Virus record (IMG/VR): IMGVR_UViG_3300028048_000078
Origin: an uncultured virus (IMG/VR IMGVR_UViG_3300028048_000078)
Taxonomy: Duplodnaviria > Heunggongvirae > Uroviricota > Caudoviricetes
DNA length: 64,000 nucleotides
Reading direction: 5' to 3' (one strand)
The notes under the pieces are model-generated. The model had not been told where the DNA came from and ran no database searches. It worked only from the letters and a program-made list of their open reading frames with translations. A program made the translations under genes and the position numbers. Positions 10,705-20,309 of the stretch are shown here, one piece after another; within the stretch, counting starts at the first letter, position 1, and each line of letters begins with the position of its first letter.

Positions 10705-11607
10705 GTGTATGTTAGTGGACACGCTAATAGTATAGCGGATTTATTTGCAGCCCTTAATGATGCTCTTGTTGGGGTTGGCTGGATATCCCATATAGTTTCA
10801 GTAGATGGTTCTGGTACTACTGATGGTGCTATATATGAGGGTTCTGGTGATGGTACAGATAAGATTTATATTTATTTGAGTTATCACAATAGAGATGATA
10901 GACTTATTCTTGATAGTGGTGCAGGTTATGACCCACATTTAGGAGCGTTTGAGCAACCAGGTTCTATTCAGCAGTGGCTTAAGGATGATTGTCAACATCC
11001 TTCTGATACACCACAGTTGGTAATTAGTAATAATGAACGATTCTTTTATTGGATTTTTGTTGATACTTATAGAGTAATTTGTATTACACGAATGAGTATT
11101 GTATATGAGTCTTTTTATGTTGGTTTCCTAAATCCAATAGCTAATGAGAGACAGTATCCGTATCCTATGTATGTATGTGGAAATTCTCATGCTAGGGGAG
11201 CAGATTGGCCTAACAATCTTAATGGTTCATTTGTTTTCCCACAGAATAATCAAGGTTGGCTTCGTAGAGCTGATGGTTCTTGGCGACCATTTGATGCCTC
11301 TAAGCCTAATCCTAATCCAGCAACTAAGGGAACACTGTTTCCATATAATGCACATAATCAGAAGTTAGTGCCTAACTATAAGGAGACAGATGCAATTAAT
11401 CAAGATAACTTCTTGATTATTCCTATTATGCTTTGTACGAATGACCCAGTAGATATTAATGGATTACTTCGTGGTTGTTATTGGGTTTCTGGTACAAGAG
11501 ATATTGATGCTGAGCGTGTACTTGTTTATGGTGGAGACCAGTATATGGTATTTGATACTAAGCAGGATAGAGGTGCAAACACTTATTTCTGTGTTAAGAT
11601 GGAGTGA
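10705..11607 (+). CDS. Putative virion structural protein
   Basis: In tail operon; YESFYVGFL...QYPYPMYVCG and C-terminal G-L-RGCYWVSG...YMVF pattern seen in phage virion proteins. Confidence 0.65.
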   Translation: MYVSGHANSIADLFAALNDALVGVGWISHIVSVDGSGTTDGAIYEGSGDGTDKIYIYLSYHNRDDRLILDSGAGYDPHLGAFEQPGSIQQWLKDDCQHPSDTPQLVISNNERFFYWIFVDTYRVICITRMSIVYESFYVGFLNPIANERQYPYPMYVCGNSHARGADWPNNLNGSFVFPQNNQGWLRRADGSWRPFDASKPNPNPATKGTLFPYNAHNQKLVPNYKETDAINQDNFLIIPIMLCTNDPVDINGLLRGCYWVSGTRDIDAERVLVYGGDQYMVFDTKQDRGANTYFCVKME

Positions 11608-11613
11608 TGTTAG

Positions 11614-14145
11614 TTGTTATATAGAGAAGGTACAGCCAATGATTTTGGTGATTTGATGCTTCAATATATTGAGTTCTTGCAGTGCTATAATGATGATACT
11701 ATAGCGTGGAATTTAATTGACCCAAGGCTCAATTCTTATTATGGTGCAACTATGTCTATTCCTATGTCTGATTATAAGGTGGAAGAAAGTAACTATATTA
11801 AACCATTTGATGCAGACAAGTTACCATATAAGAGAGGCACAATAGTTAGTTATGGTGGACACAACTATAGGCAGTTAGTTGATGATTGTATGGATGTACC
11901 CTCAGATGAATCTAATGATTGGCATAAGATGCATAAGACTAATGTAGTTGTGTTTTATGATAATGGTGTAGATAGTAGATACATTAAAGATTTTAACACT
12001 AATGAGATAAAGCAGAATAAGGATTATTTTGAGCACACATTAATTAGGACATTACCAAATTCTAATGTTACAGCAATTAATTTTGATGAATTAATAACCA
12101 CGGTTAATCCCCGTGGTTATATAGATTATGTGGCAAATGCAAATCATGACATTGATAAGTTAATTGTATTTGTTAATAGGCTTGGTTTTGAGTTTGGTGG
12201 TGAGAGAAAATCAGCATTTATTTATGCACATAAAGCACCTCAATTTGTTAATCCTGTGTGTCGTTATGATGAGGGAATATATCATGATGGTGATGTGGCT
12301 CTTGGTATGGATGGGATTTATTATTTAAATATTTGTAATCAAGCCACGCCAAGTGTTTCAGAGTGTCATTGTATGCCACATATGGGAGCTGACCATTGGA
12401 AACCTATATTTAGAGAATTGATTGATGCTAATTTATATGATAGTTCATATAATGCGGTTTCAGAGGCTCAACATACAGACTACCAAAAAATATTAACTGA
12501 TTTTTATAGTGGTAAGATTACTGAGTTTAAGACTGATGCAGATACACCATTGGATGGTGGTAAAGCAGGTGGTAAGGGATTTGGTGATGGAGATATTGCC
12601 ATTAATTCTGATGGATTATATCATTTAAATATCAGTGATTTAGCGCAAGGTGGTTGTGGTTGTCCGATAGGTGGTGCAGAAGAGGGTGTTGAATTAGGAC
12701 ATTGGTTGCCTATAGGTAAGTTTAGTGATGTTGACACTAGATTTGCAACTAGGTCTACTGATGAGTTTATTCGTGCTATGGATGATTTAGATTACGAGTG
12801 TTATCAGCGAGGCATTGATGTAGAATATGTATATGCTCCATCTATATTGGACATTCGTTCAAAGAACTATGTTGAATCTATTTCATTTATAAACTTTTTA
12901 AATAATTATATTACTAAGTACACTAAGAGTAAGGTGCACAACTTCTTTACTGATATTTTAAATAAATTTGATAGCTCGTTTTTATCTAAGATTTACAGTA
13001 CTTATGCTCTTAAAGATAATACGGCTAACTATATTGCTTATAATAAGTCAATCTCTAGTTTATTGACAAGGTACTTAATGAATAAGTTGTTTCATACTAG
13101 TGTAGGAGAGATATTTGTGTCATTTCACTATAATGAAATAACTTCAAGCACATACTATAATTTTATTTATAATAATGATGAGTATATGTCAGAAGAGCTT
13201 GATAAGTTACAGGTTTCTTACAGGTCTATTCGCAGTAAGTATAGTCCATTAAACCCATTTAGGAATAGTGGTAGTTTAGTGTCTGTGGGTGTACATACTT
13301 CGTTTGATTATGATGTATGGATGTGTGAACAAGGTGGTATTACCTGTAAAAAAGAGGAAGATGAGCAGATTAATGATATCAACTTATTGCCATTTTGGAT
13401 TTTTACTTACGGTACACCTTCAAAGAGGTTAGACCCAGCAGTATATCCAACTACAGGCTGTCCTTGGTTTACTATGTCTACAGGTAATAGAAGTAAATAT
13501 CTAATTAATTCAGATAATCCTATTCATTATTATTTTGTTAAGGATAATTCTAATTCAACTATTACAATTAGATTTTGTGATGGGCATGGGCAATTAGCAG
13601 ATGTTTGGCAGACAATTTCTTTTGGTAAGTTGGAACAACCATTCGATGGTTTTAATATAAATCCATTATATTGTGTGGGAGGAAATTCTGCATTGTCGCC
13701 AGATACTTGGACATATTATGTTCATTCCCATGTTGAGGGGTTGTCTTATGATTTAGATTTTAAGAATCCATCTTTAGTAAACTCAAATTTCTTGCACCCA
13801 ACAAAGTTTGGTAGTGCTAATTTATCTAATTTCAGAGTGATGGTTAATAGTGGTGAGTGGCGAGATATGTATGCACACTATCAGACATTTAGTACATACC
13901 AATATTTTACATTGTCTGGTGTTATTTATCAGTGGGGTGTTCCATTAAATGCTCCTACAGACACTATAGGTAATTCTATGCATACAGCATACCCATTTGG
14001 TTCACCGATTAGAGATAGAATAGATACTTATAGTGTTAAAAAGCGTGAGTATATGGATGATTATATGTATAAGTTTACTAGTGGCGGTCAGCTTGATAGG
14101 CTTACTATTTATTTATATGATAATGATACTAGAAATGGGGTGTAA
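11614..14145 (+). CDS. Putative virion/tail-associated protein with CBM5/12-like motifs; paralog of 17964-20303
   Basis: YKRGTIVSYGGHNY...W repeat; shares NSG...VYPTxGxPW...YDLD...TKF...SNFRV with the 17964 ORF. Confidence 0.65.
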   Translation: MLYREGTANDFGDLMLQYIEFLQCYNDDTIAWNLIDPRLNSYYGATMSIPMSDYKVEESNYIKPFDADKLPYKRGTIVSYGGHNYRQLVDDCMDVPSDESNDWHKMHKTNVVVFYDNGVDSRYIKDFNTNEIKQNKDYFEHTLIRTLPNSNVTAINFDELITTVNPRGYIDYVANANHDIDKLIVFVNRLGFEFGGERKSAFIYAHKAPQFVNPVCRYDEGIYHDGDVALGMDGIYYLNICNQATPSVSECHCMPHMGADHWKPIFRELIDANLYDSSYNAVSEAQHTDYQKILTDFYSGKITEFKTDADTPLDGGKAGGKGFGDGDIAINSDGLYHLNISDLAQGGCGCPIGGAEEGVELGHWLPIGKFSDVDTRFATRSTDEFIRAMDDLDYECYQRGIDVEYVYAPSILDIRSKNYVESISFINFLNNYITKYTKSKVHNFFTDILNKFDSSFLSKIYSTYALKDNTANYIAYNKSISSLLTRYLMNKLFHTSVGEIFVSFHYNEITSSTYYNFIYNNDEYMSEELDKLQVSYRSIRSKYSPLNPFRNSGSLVSVGVHTSFDYDVWMCEQGGITCKKEEDEQINDINLLPFWIFTYGTPSKRLDPAVYPTTGCPWFTMSTGNRSKYLINSDNPIHYYFVKDNSNSTITIRFCDGHGQLADVWQTISFGKLEQPFDGFNINPLYCVGGNSALSPDTWTYYVHSHVEGLSYDLDFKNPSLVNSNFLHPTKFGSANLSNFRVMVNSGEWRDMYAHYQTFSTYQYFTLSGVIYQWGVPLNAPTDTIGNSMHTAYPFGSPIRDRIDTYSVKKREYMDDYMYKFTSGGQLDRLTIYLYDNDTRNGV

Positions 14146-14148
14146 TAG

Positions 14149-16425
14149 TTGTCACAAAAGAGTGTTATAAAGAAGTTTATTAGTTGTTTAACTAATTATG
14201 GTAGTAATGTAACATCTAATGCAGTTGCAACTAAGGCTCTTGATTATGCGACATTTGAAAGCTCATCCCACAAATTTAGTACATTTAATGAAGTAGTTGA
14301 TAATTTTTTGGCTGACTTTAAGCGTGAGTCTGATTTTCCTACATTCTTGAAGAAATATTGTGGCATTGATTATGAAAATTTAGATACTGGTGCTATAGAT
14401 GGCTTAGATGCTGGTGGTTCGCAAGAGATAAGAGCGGAAGATGTTGTAGCAGAGGTTGGCCCGATAAGGCATCTTGGTAGCAGTAGTTTTACTACTAATG
14501 GGTTAAAGTTTAATGTACCTAGTGGATTAAATACTAAGCAGAAGTATGTTATAGATGCTTTATATACTTGGTGGGCCAAGGCATCTTTAGATAGAATTGA
14601 AGATGTATATGGTTTAAAGTTTGGTAGTCAATCTGCTGTTAATGAAATTGATGTTTCGTTTTCCAATAGTTTAGACCCAGATGCAGTAGCTATGGTTAGT
14701 AGTCATTATTCTATATATCCAGATAGTGGTGTTGCAAAGGTTAATCACTTAGACTTATTTTTTGCTAATAATTATTTTTCTGCGGTTGATACTACTGATG
14801 CTAATGGTGGAGTTGTTGGCGGTATTTTTTCGGATTCTGTTGTATTACATGAGTTTGTCCATGCTGCTATGTCCTCTAACATTCAAGGATATTATTATTA
14901 TCCTACAATAGTTCAGGAGGGTCTAGCTGAATTAATTCGTGGTGCTGATGAAAGACTTGTATGGTTAAGGCCAACTTATGATGTTGTATCTTCATATTTT
15001 AAGCCCTTACCACATACTGGCGTTCCAGGTACAGGTTATGCTTTATATTACGCTTTTTGGAGATATTTTGCTAAGCAGAGCGATAAGGATAAAGGTAAAA
15101 ATCCTGTATGGGCTTCTAGTGGTGGTATACCTACTCATGGTCAGTTATTAGCAACAGGTATTGTACCACATGCATACTCATCTTGGGCAAGAACTATTCC
15201 AGAGGGAATTACTAATATTGGTGGAAAGCAATATTTAAGTATTCCTAATGGTTGGCAAGGTAGGTTGTGGCATTATCCTTGGTGGTGCGGTAGAATTTAT
15301 TGGTCTAATGGCCCACGGAATCAGTATGGTGGTTCACCAACACATTCTGGTGTTATTTATAATGATGTACAGCGTGAGTTCTTTTATAAACAGCGCAGTA
15401 TATTACAGGAGAATATTATTCATGATAAGTTGTTGATAGATTTTGGTGATGTAGCTTCTGATATTAGTACAGATGTTCAAATTGAGTATCCAAATGATTT
15501 TATAGAGGCTTCGGATAGAAATACAATTATTAAGATGAAAATTAGGGTACTGCATGATGATAGTACTGTCATATTTTGTTTTAAGGAGCTGAAGAAAACT
15601 ATCAGCATAGATTTTGGTGATGGTGAGATTAGTAGGTTTGAGTATAGTGATATTTATGGTGGTATGTTACACGATTATGAATCGGCAGGTGAGTATACTG
15701 TAACTCTAATCAATGATAATATTACTAATTTTAGAGAAATGTTAGCACCATCATATTTCTATAAAGATACTTCCTATATGTCAAATACCTTAGAGCCTCT
15801 GTATTCATTGGTTTATGAGGTATCTGAGTTACAAGATATTGAGGGTGTATATCAATCTGAAACTTTATTAGAATTTTATATAAATCCGTATTTCGTTGAT
15901 GGGTTTAAGATGTATAATGAAGTTGATTGTGTAGCTGATGTAAATTATCATACTGAGTATGATGCAGAGGATATATTGACCAAGTATTATCGGTGGGACA
16001 TTAAGCCTTATGGATTTCATTTAAATTATCAGAAGAATTTGACTAAGCTATACATTCCTTATGGACAATATAAGAAATATAATTCGTATATCAATCTTAT
16101 TGGTTCAAATATCTCAGACTTGTATTTATATGGAACTTGTGATATACTTAATATTGTAAATAACTTAAATATTGATAATGTGTATTGTGGTTATAAGGTC
16201 GACTTTGTTGATGTGTCTAATCTGTTCACTAATGATGTAGATGGCTCACATTTATATATGCACAGTAATAAGGAATTAACTATGTTTAGTAAGATTGATT
16301 TTGATGCTAAGTCTGGTATATGTACTTTTGGCAGTATTAATTTTATTGTAGGGGTTAAGTCCTCGATTTATGAGCACATGCTTGATAAATATTCAGATAT
16401 AGATTTTAGGGACGAGGTGATATAG
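14149..16425 (+). CDS. Putative virion protein with N-terminal gluzincin (flagellinolysin-like) metallopeptidase domain and a PKD-like domain
   Basis: HEFVH at ~14848 plus downstream QEGLAELIRG; CGIDYENLDTGAIDGLDAGG; IDFGDG...HDYESAGEYTVTL PKD-like motif. Confidence 0.7.
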   Translation: MSQKSVIKKFISCLTNYGSNVTSNAVATKALDYATFESSSHKFSTFNEVVDNFLADFKRESDFPTFLKKYCGIDYENLDTGAIDGLDAGGSQEIRAEDVVAEVGPIRHLGSSSFTTNGLKFNVPSGLNTKQKYVIDALYTWWAKASLDRIEDVYGLKFGSQSAVNEIDVSFSNSLDPDAVAMVSSHYSIYPDSGVAKVNHLDLFFANNYFSAVDTTDANGGVVGGIFSDSVVLHEFVHAAMSSNIQGYYYYPTIVQEGLAELIRGADERLVWLRPTYDVVSSYFKPLPHTGVPGTGYALYYAFWRYFAKQSDKDKGKNPVWASSGGIPTHGQLLATGIVPHAYSSWARTIPEGITNIGGKQYLSIPNGWQGRLWHYPWWCGRIYWSNGPRNQYGGSPTHSGVIYNDVQREFFYKQRSILQENIIHDKLLIDFGDVASDISTDVQIEYPNDFIEASDRNTIIKMKIRVLHDDSTVIFCFKELKKTISIDFGDGEISRFEYSDIYGGMLHDYESAGEYTVTLINDNITNFREMLAPSYFYKDTSYMSNTLEPLYSLVYEVSELQDIEGVYQSETLLEFYINPYFVDGFKMYNEVDCVADVNYHTEYDAEDILTKYYRWDIKPYGFHLNYQKNLTKLYIPYGQYKKYNSYINLIGSNISDLYLYGTCDILNIVNNLNIDNVYCGYKVDFVDVSNLFTNDVDGSHLYMHSNKELTMFSKIDFDAKSGICTFGSINFIVGVKSSIYEHMLDKYSDIDFRDEVI

Positions 16426-16426
16426 G

Positions 16427-17971
16427 TTGTTTGCAAGATTTTTAGTGAATTCATCCACAGATATGATAAGTAAAATATTTGAGTTTATAGCTAATCTAGC
16501 AAATAAACCTGTACCATCTTCTGATAAGATAAAGTTTGTTAGTGGTAATGGTAAGCAAGAGTATTGGTTTGTTAAAGATTCAGATGGAATATCAGTTTGG
16601 ATAGTTGATGTTGGCGATACAAAAATAAATGGTGGAGTCCTTATTAATCCTTGGGAGGCAATTACTACAGTAGGTGCTAGGGCAACATATACTAAAGATA
16701 TGTCAAGATTAGAGATTGATTGGCCAGCGACAAATGCTATGCGGGCACCATTGTATGAGGATAATAACCAAGAGTATTATGATACATTGGTTGGAGCAAC
16801 TAGCACAAAAGCTTATAAGGATGCTTATGATAAGTGGTATCATAGAAATAAAGAAATTAGTGAGATGTTTGAGTATGAGTCTGTTTGGCATAGAATAACT
16901 GGCACTAATATATTTCATGTTGGTGGCTCACTTAGATTTAGTCAAGTATCATTTTCTGGTAAATCTTATAAAACTTTAGATTGTCATTATAATGATGGAA
17001 CTTTTTCATTCAATCTTTATAGTAATGCTGTGCCATATCAGACTAGAAGTTTAATTGTTGGTGAGTTTGATGTTGTTGACGAGAATGTAAAGAGTAAATC
17101 CTATATACTTTCTAATTCATTTATACTTAGGAGTAATTATAAGCCTGTAGGTCATAAGGATGCATTTTGTTTACCGTCTGTTGTGAGTGTACAGAGTGAT
17201 GTTGAAGCACCTATTAATGGGCAAACATTTTATAAAGATTATCCTAATTACTTATTTAAGTGTTGTAGGTGTGATGTAGATTATGATGCTAATTATGTTA
17301 GAGATAGTTTTGATGGAGTTCCTGTAGCATATAGGGTAAATATTAATCTTATGATGCCAGTTTGGAGTATTGCTAAAGACCCTAATTCAGCAATACCAAA
17401 TTATGCTGGCAGTAATTATAAACTTACTGACTGGGATTATAGACAGCTTTATACAGCTTATGAGCATAAGGAACATAATGTTGGTGTTAGTTACTGGTCT
17501 GTTATGGGACAGGAGAAGCGTGAATATATTTTTTATGATGATGTGGCTGATACATTTAGGAATTATCCAATTCAAAGGCGTTCTGGTCCATGTGGAAATA
17601 CAGTAAACACTAAGAATAATGTAAGTGAAATAATGCCAATGATATTTTATGTATTGCGTGACCCAGACGACTTAAATTCTTGGTCAGCTATTGGACACAC
17701 AGATAAGGTTGGTTATGTTAACATGTATAATATGGGTTCTGGTAGAACATTACAGTCATATTATGATGCTGACTTTAATAGATATTATTGTTATAATTTG
17801 TGGAAGAAGCGTTGTGCTCCAATACCCTATTGCACATACACAAATCCAGTGAGTGATTTGAATTTTAGATATAATGCTTCTTATGGTGTTGGGGGATTAG
17901 CTGGTATAGCTATACGACATACAGATAAGATGGATTATGATGATTTTGCTGGGAGGTGGGTAAGTGGCTAA
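16427..17971 (+). CDS. Putative virion structural protein
   Basis: C-terminal NTxNNxS...YVLRDP...WSAIG shared with the 20310 and 22312 ORFs. Confidence 0.6.
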   Translation: MFARFLVNSSTDMISKIFEFIANLANKPVPSSDKIKFVSGNGKQEYWFVKDSDGISVWIVDVGDTKINGGVLINPWEAITTVGARATYTKDMSRLEIDWPATNAMRAPLYEDNNQEYYDTLVGATSTKAYKDAYDKWYHRNKEISEMFEYESVWHRITGTNIFHVGGSLRFSQVSFSGKSYKTLDCHYNDGTFSFNLYSNAVPYQTRSLIVGEFDVVDENVKSKSYILSNSFILRSNYKPVGHKDAFCLPSVVSVQSDVEAPINGQTFYKDYPNYLFKCCRCDVDYDANYVRDSFDGVPVAYRVNINLMMPVWSIAKDPNSAIPNYAGSNYKLTDWDYRQLYTAYEHKEHNVGVSYWSVMGQEKREYIFYDDVADTFRNYPIQRRSGPCGNTVNTKNNVSEIMPMIFYVLRDPDDLNSWSAIGHTDKVGYVNMYNMGSGRTLQSYYDADFNRYYCYNLWKKRCAPIPYCTYTNPVSDLNFRYNASYGVGGLAGIAIRHTDKMDYDDFAGRWVSG

Positions 17972-20303
17972 CGATTATGTACATTTTTATTTAGATTCAT
18001 CTTTTAGGCATTTAGATAGTAATATTTGTGCATTTGCTTGTGGTGGGCATACATATAGTTATATTTCTAGGCTAGGTGATTGTAGTATTTCTGGCAAATT
18101 TAAGCGGTGGCGAAGATTAGATAATCGCTGTACTGACTTGTTTGGGTCTACTTATGAAGTACCTTTAGGGGAGTATAAACAGCATACAGAGCCTATTAGG
18201 GTACTAATTAGTGGGGATAAATTTTTGCAGTGTAGTTTTGTTGTTTATCTTGGGCATAATATATTATATGATAATTTTATGGCTAATAATCACGACCTTA
18301 ATTGTCATGTTCACGATTTTGATACATTAGATTCTCTGTTGTTGCAAGCATATCCTAATGCATCTATAGATTTAATTGGAGATTTTAATGAAACCTCATT
18401 GTTTGAGGCTGATTTAGTTCAGTTATTAGATTATCTTAATAGTAAACTTGTTAGTGGAGATGAGTTACCTACTCACATAATATTTAGGGGATTGGAGACT
18501 ACATATAATCGGTTTGGTTACGATAGAACTGCCGAGATTTATCAGTCAATATTAGATATTTGTAGTAATAATGCCATAAAAATTGTATGTGTGTTGTGTG
18601 GCCCAAATTATGATGATGGTTATTCCCCAATTTCTGGTGCTAAATTTAAGAGGCCCACTTATGAAGAGATTTTTACATTAGAGTTCATTAAGTTGGTTAA
18701 TATGTTAAGTAATTCTTATGTGGTTAATTTATATGCTTGGTTAAAGAAAAGGTCTGAAATTTACTCCCTTGGTTGGAATGTTGTGCTTGATACAAAAGAT
18801 AACCTACCAAGTTTTAATGAGACTAATTCTTGGGGAGTTCAGATGGACTTAGCTTATAATTATATATATGATAATTGCTTTAAGAAGTTGGGGTTAGAGG
18901 TATTTAGGGAAAAATATTATGTATCTATAGTTAATATGCGAATAAATGCTCCAAACACAATGAATACTATAACTGGCAGTGTACATACTACAGATTTGTA
19001 TTTTAAAAGTACTTATCCGATGCCACCACCACATGACCCACCAATTATTCCACATTATTTTACAAAATATGGTGGTTCTGAATTTAAACTAAATACGTTT
19101 AAGAATTCTGGCGAATTTGTTGCTGTAGTGGTTCATACAGAGTATAATGATGCTTTATTTGCAAGTGAACAATTCCAAGCTAACTGTAATAATGAATTTG
19201 TGGCTCAAAATGATAAGTATGCTGAAGGTGGAGTATTACAAAATTTATTAAAGATTAGGTATTGGACTACTGGATATATTATTGGTGAGCAGGGTTACTA
19301 TCCAGTACCAGTTTATCCGACAGCAGGTGCACCTTGGTTGACCATATCGGATAGGAATGTTACTGATTATGGTGAACTTGATGAGTATAACACTAATCAT
19401 ACTAGAATAGGTGTGTGGCTGACCAGAGACGATAGTAGCATGACAATCACAGTAAATTTAAGGTCTGTTTCTGATGATAAGCCGAGCTTATATCAAAATA
19501 TTGTTTTTGGGTGCTTAGACATTAAGCCAGTTAATCATGTTCATAATTTATATTGTGGTGGTGGTTCTGGTGGGTTATGTCAAGATATCTATGTTCACCC
19601 AAATATAAGAACAGGAACATTACAATATACCGCAGGAAATGTTTATGATTTAGATATGGATAATTTGGCTATGTCTAATTCAAATATATTACATACAACA
19701 AAGTTTAATCAAAGTACAGCAAGTAATTTTAGGGTGTTAGCTTCTGAGGGTATTTGGAAAAATATCTTTATGCATAAACAAGATGCTAGTGTGGTTAATT
19801 ATCCAACATTGGGTTACCCAGTAGATTGGGCTTATGTACTTAATGATGTAATTGATTATTATGGTGAACATAATATTTATCCTAGAATGTCTAATGATTG
19901 TAAGAGGCTTGGTAGTAAGTATATTAATAATAATGGTTATGTTAATGTTGTGGGCAAGAATGAGTTGGTTAATGAGTATAAGTTGAGTGATTATATGCAA
20001 CGTATTCGTGTTAACCTTAATCCTAATATGCCACATAATGAGTATAGGTCTACAGGCGCAATACCTCATTGTTTTGTATGTTGGGATGATGAGATTCCTG
20101 CTGGTGAGATTGAGATTAGTGGTAAGAAATACCTCAGTATACCTTGTGGTTGGGATGGAAGATTATATAATTATGGCCCAAAACATATAGGTATAGTTAA
20201 TGATGTTTGGGGTACTGAGACAGTTGTAGATGATTGGGAAGAAAGAGTAACCCTTAGAAAAGAGAATGTAATTAGGGATAAGTTATTGATTGAATTGGGG
20301 TGA
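17964..20303 (+). CDS. Putative virion structural protein (paralog of 11614 + part of 14149)
   Basis: Shared motifs described in findings. Confidence 0.6.
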   Translation: MANDYVHFYLDSSFRHLDSNICAFACGGHTYSYISRLGDCSISGKFKRWRRLDNRCTDLFGSTYEVPLGEYKQHTEPIRVLISGDKFLQCSFVVYLGHNILYDNFMANNHDLNCHVHDFDTLDSLLLQAYPNASIDLIGDFNETSLFEADLVQLLDYLNSKLVSGDELPTHIIFRGLETTYNRFGYDRTAEIYQSILDICSNNAIKIVCVLCGPNYDDGYSPISGAKFKRPTYEEIFTLEFIKLVNMLSNSYVVNLYAWLKKRSEIYSLGWNVVLDTKDNLPSFNETNSWGVQMDLAYNYIYDNCFKKLGLEVFREKYYVSIVNMRINAPNTMNTITGSVHTTDLYFKSTYPMPPPHDPPIIPHYFTKYGGSEFKLNTFKNSGEFVAVVVHTEYNDALFASEQFQANCNNEFVAQNDKYAEGGVLQNLLKIRYWTTGYIIGEQGYYPVPVYPTAGAPWLTISDRNVTDYGELDEYNTNHTRIGVWLTRDDSSMTITVNLRSVSDDKPSLYQNIVFGCLDIKPVNHVHNLYCGGGSGGLCQDIYVHPNIRTGTLQYTAGNVYDLDMDNLAMSNSNILHTTKFNQSTASNFRVLASEGIWKNIFMHKQDASVVNYPTLGYPVDWAYVLNDVIDYYGEHNIYPRMSNDCKRLGSKYINNNGYVNVVGKNELVNEYKLSDYMQRIRVNLNPNMPHNEYRSTGAIPHCFVCWDDEIPAGEIEISGKKYLSIPCGWDGRLYNYGPKHIGIVNDVWGTETVVDDWEERVTLRKENVIRDKLLIELG

Positions 20304-20309
20304 TTATGT

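Noticed and set aside
14143..14148. In-frame TAA TAG between 11614 and 14149 (and a similar case at 30483-30488) as stop-codon recoding or readthrough
   Set aside because: Double stops are followed by an RBS and start; all three stop codons end genes normally and ORFs are long under code 11
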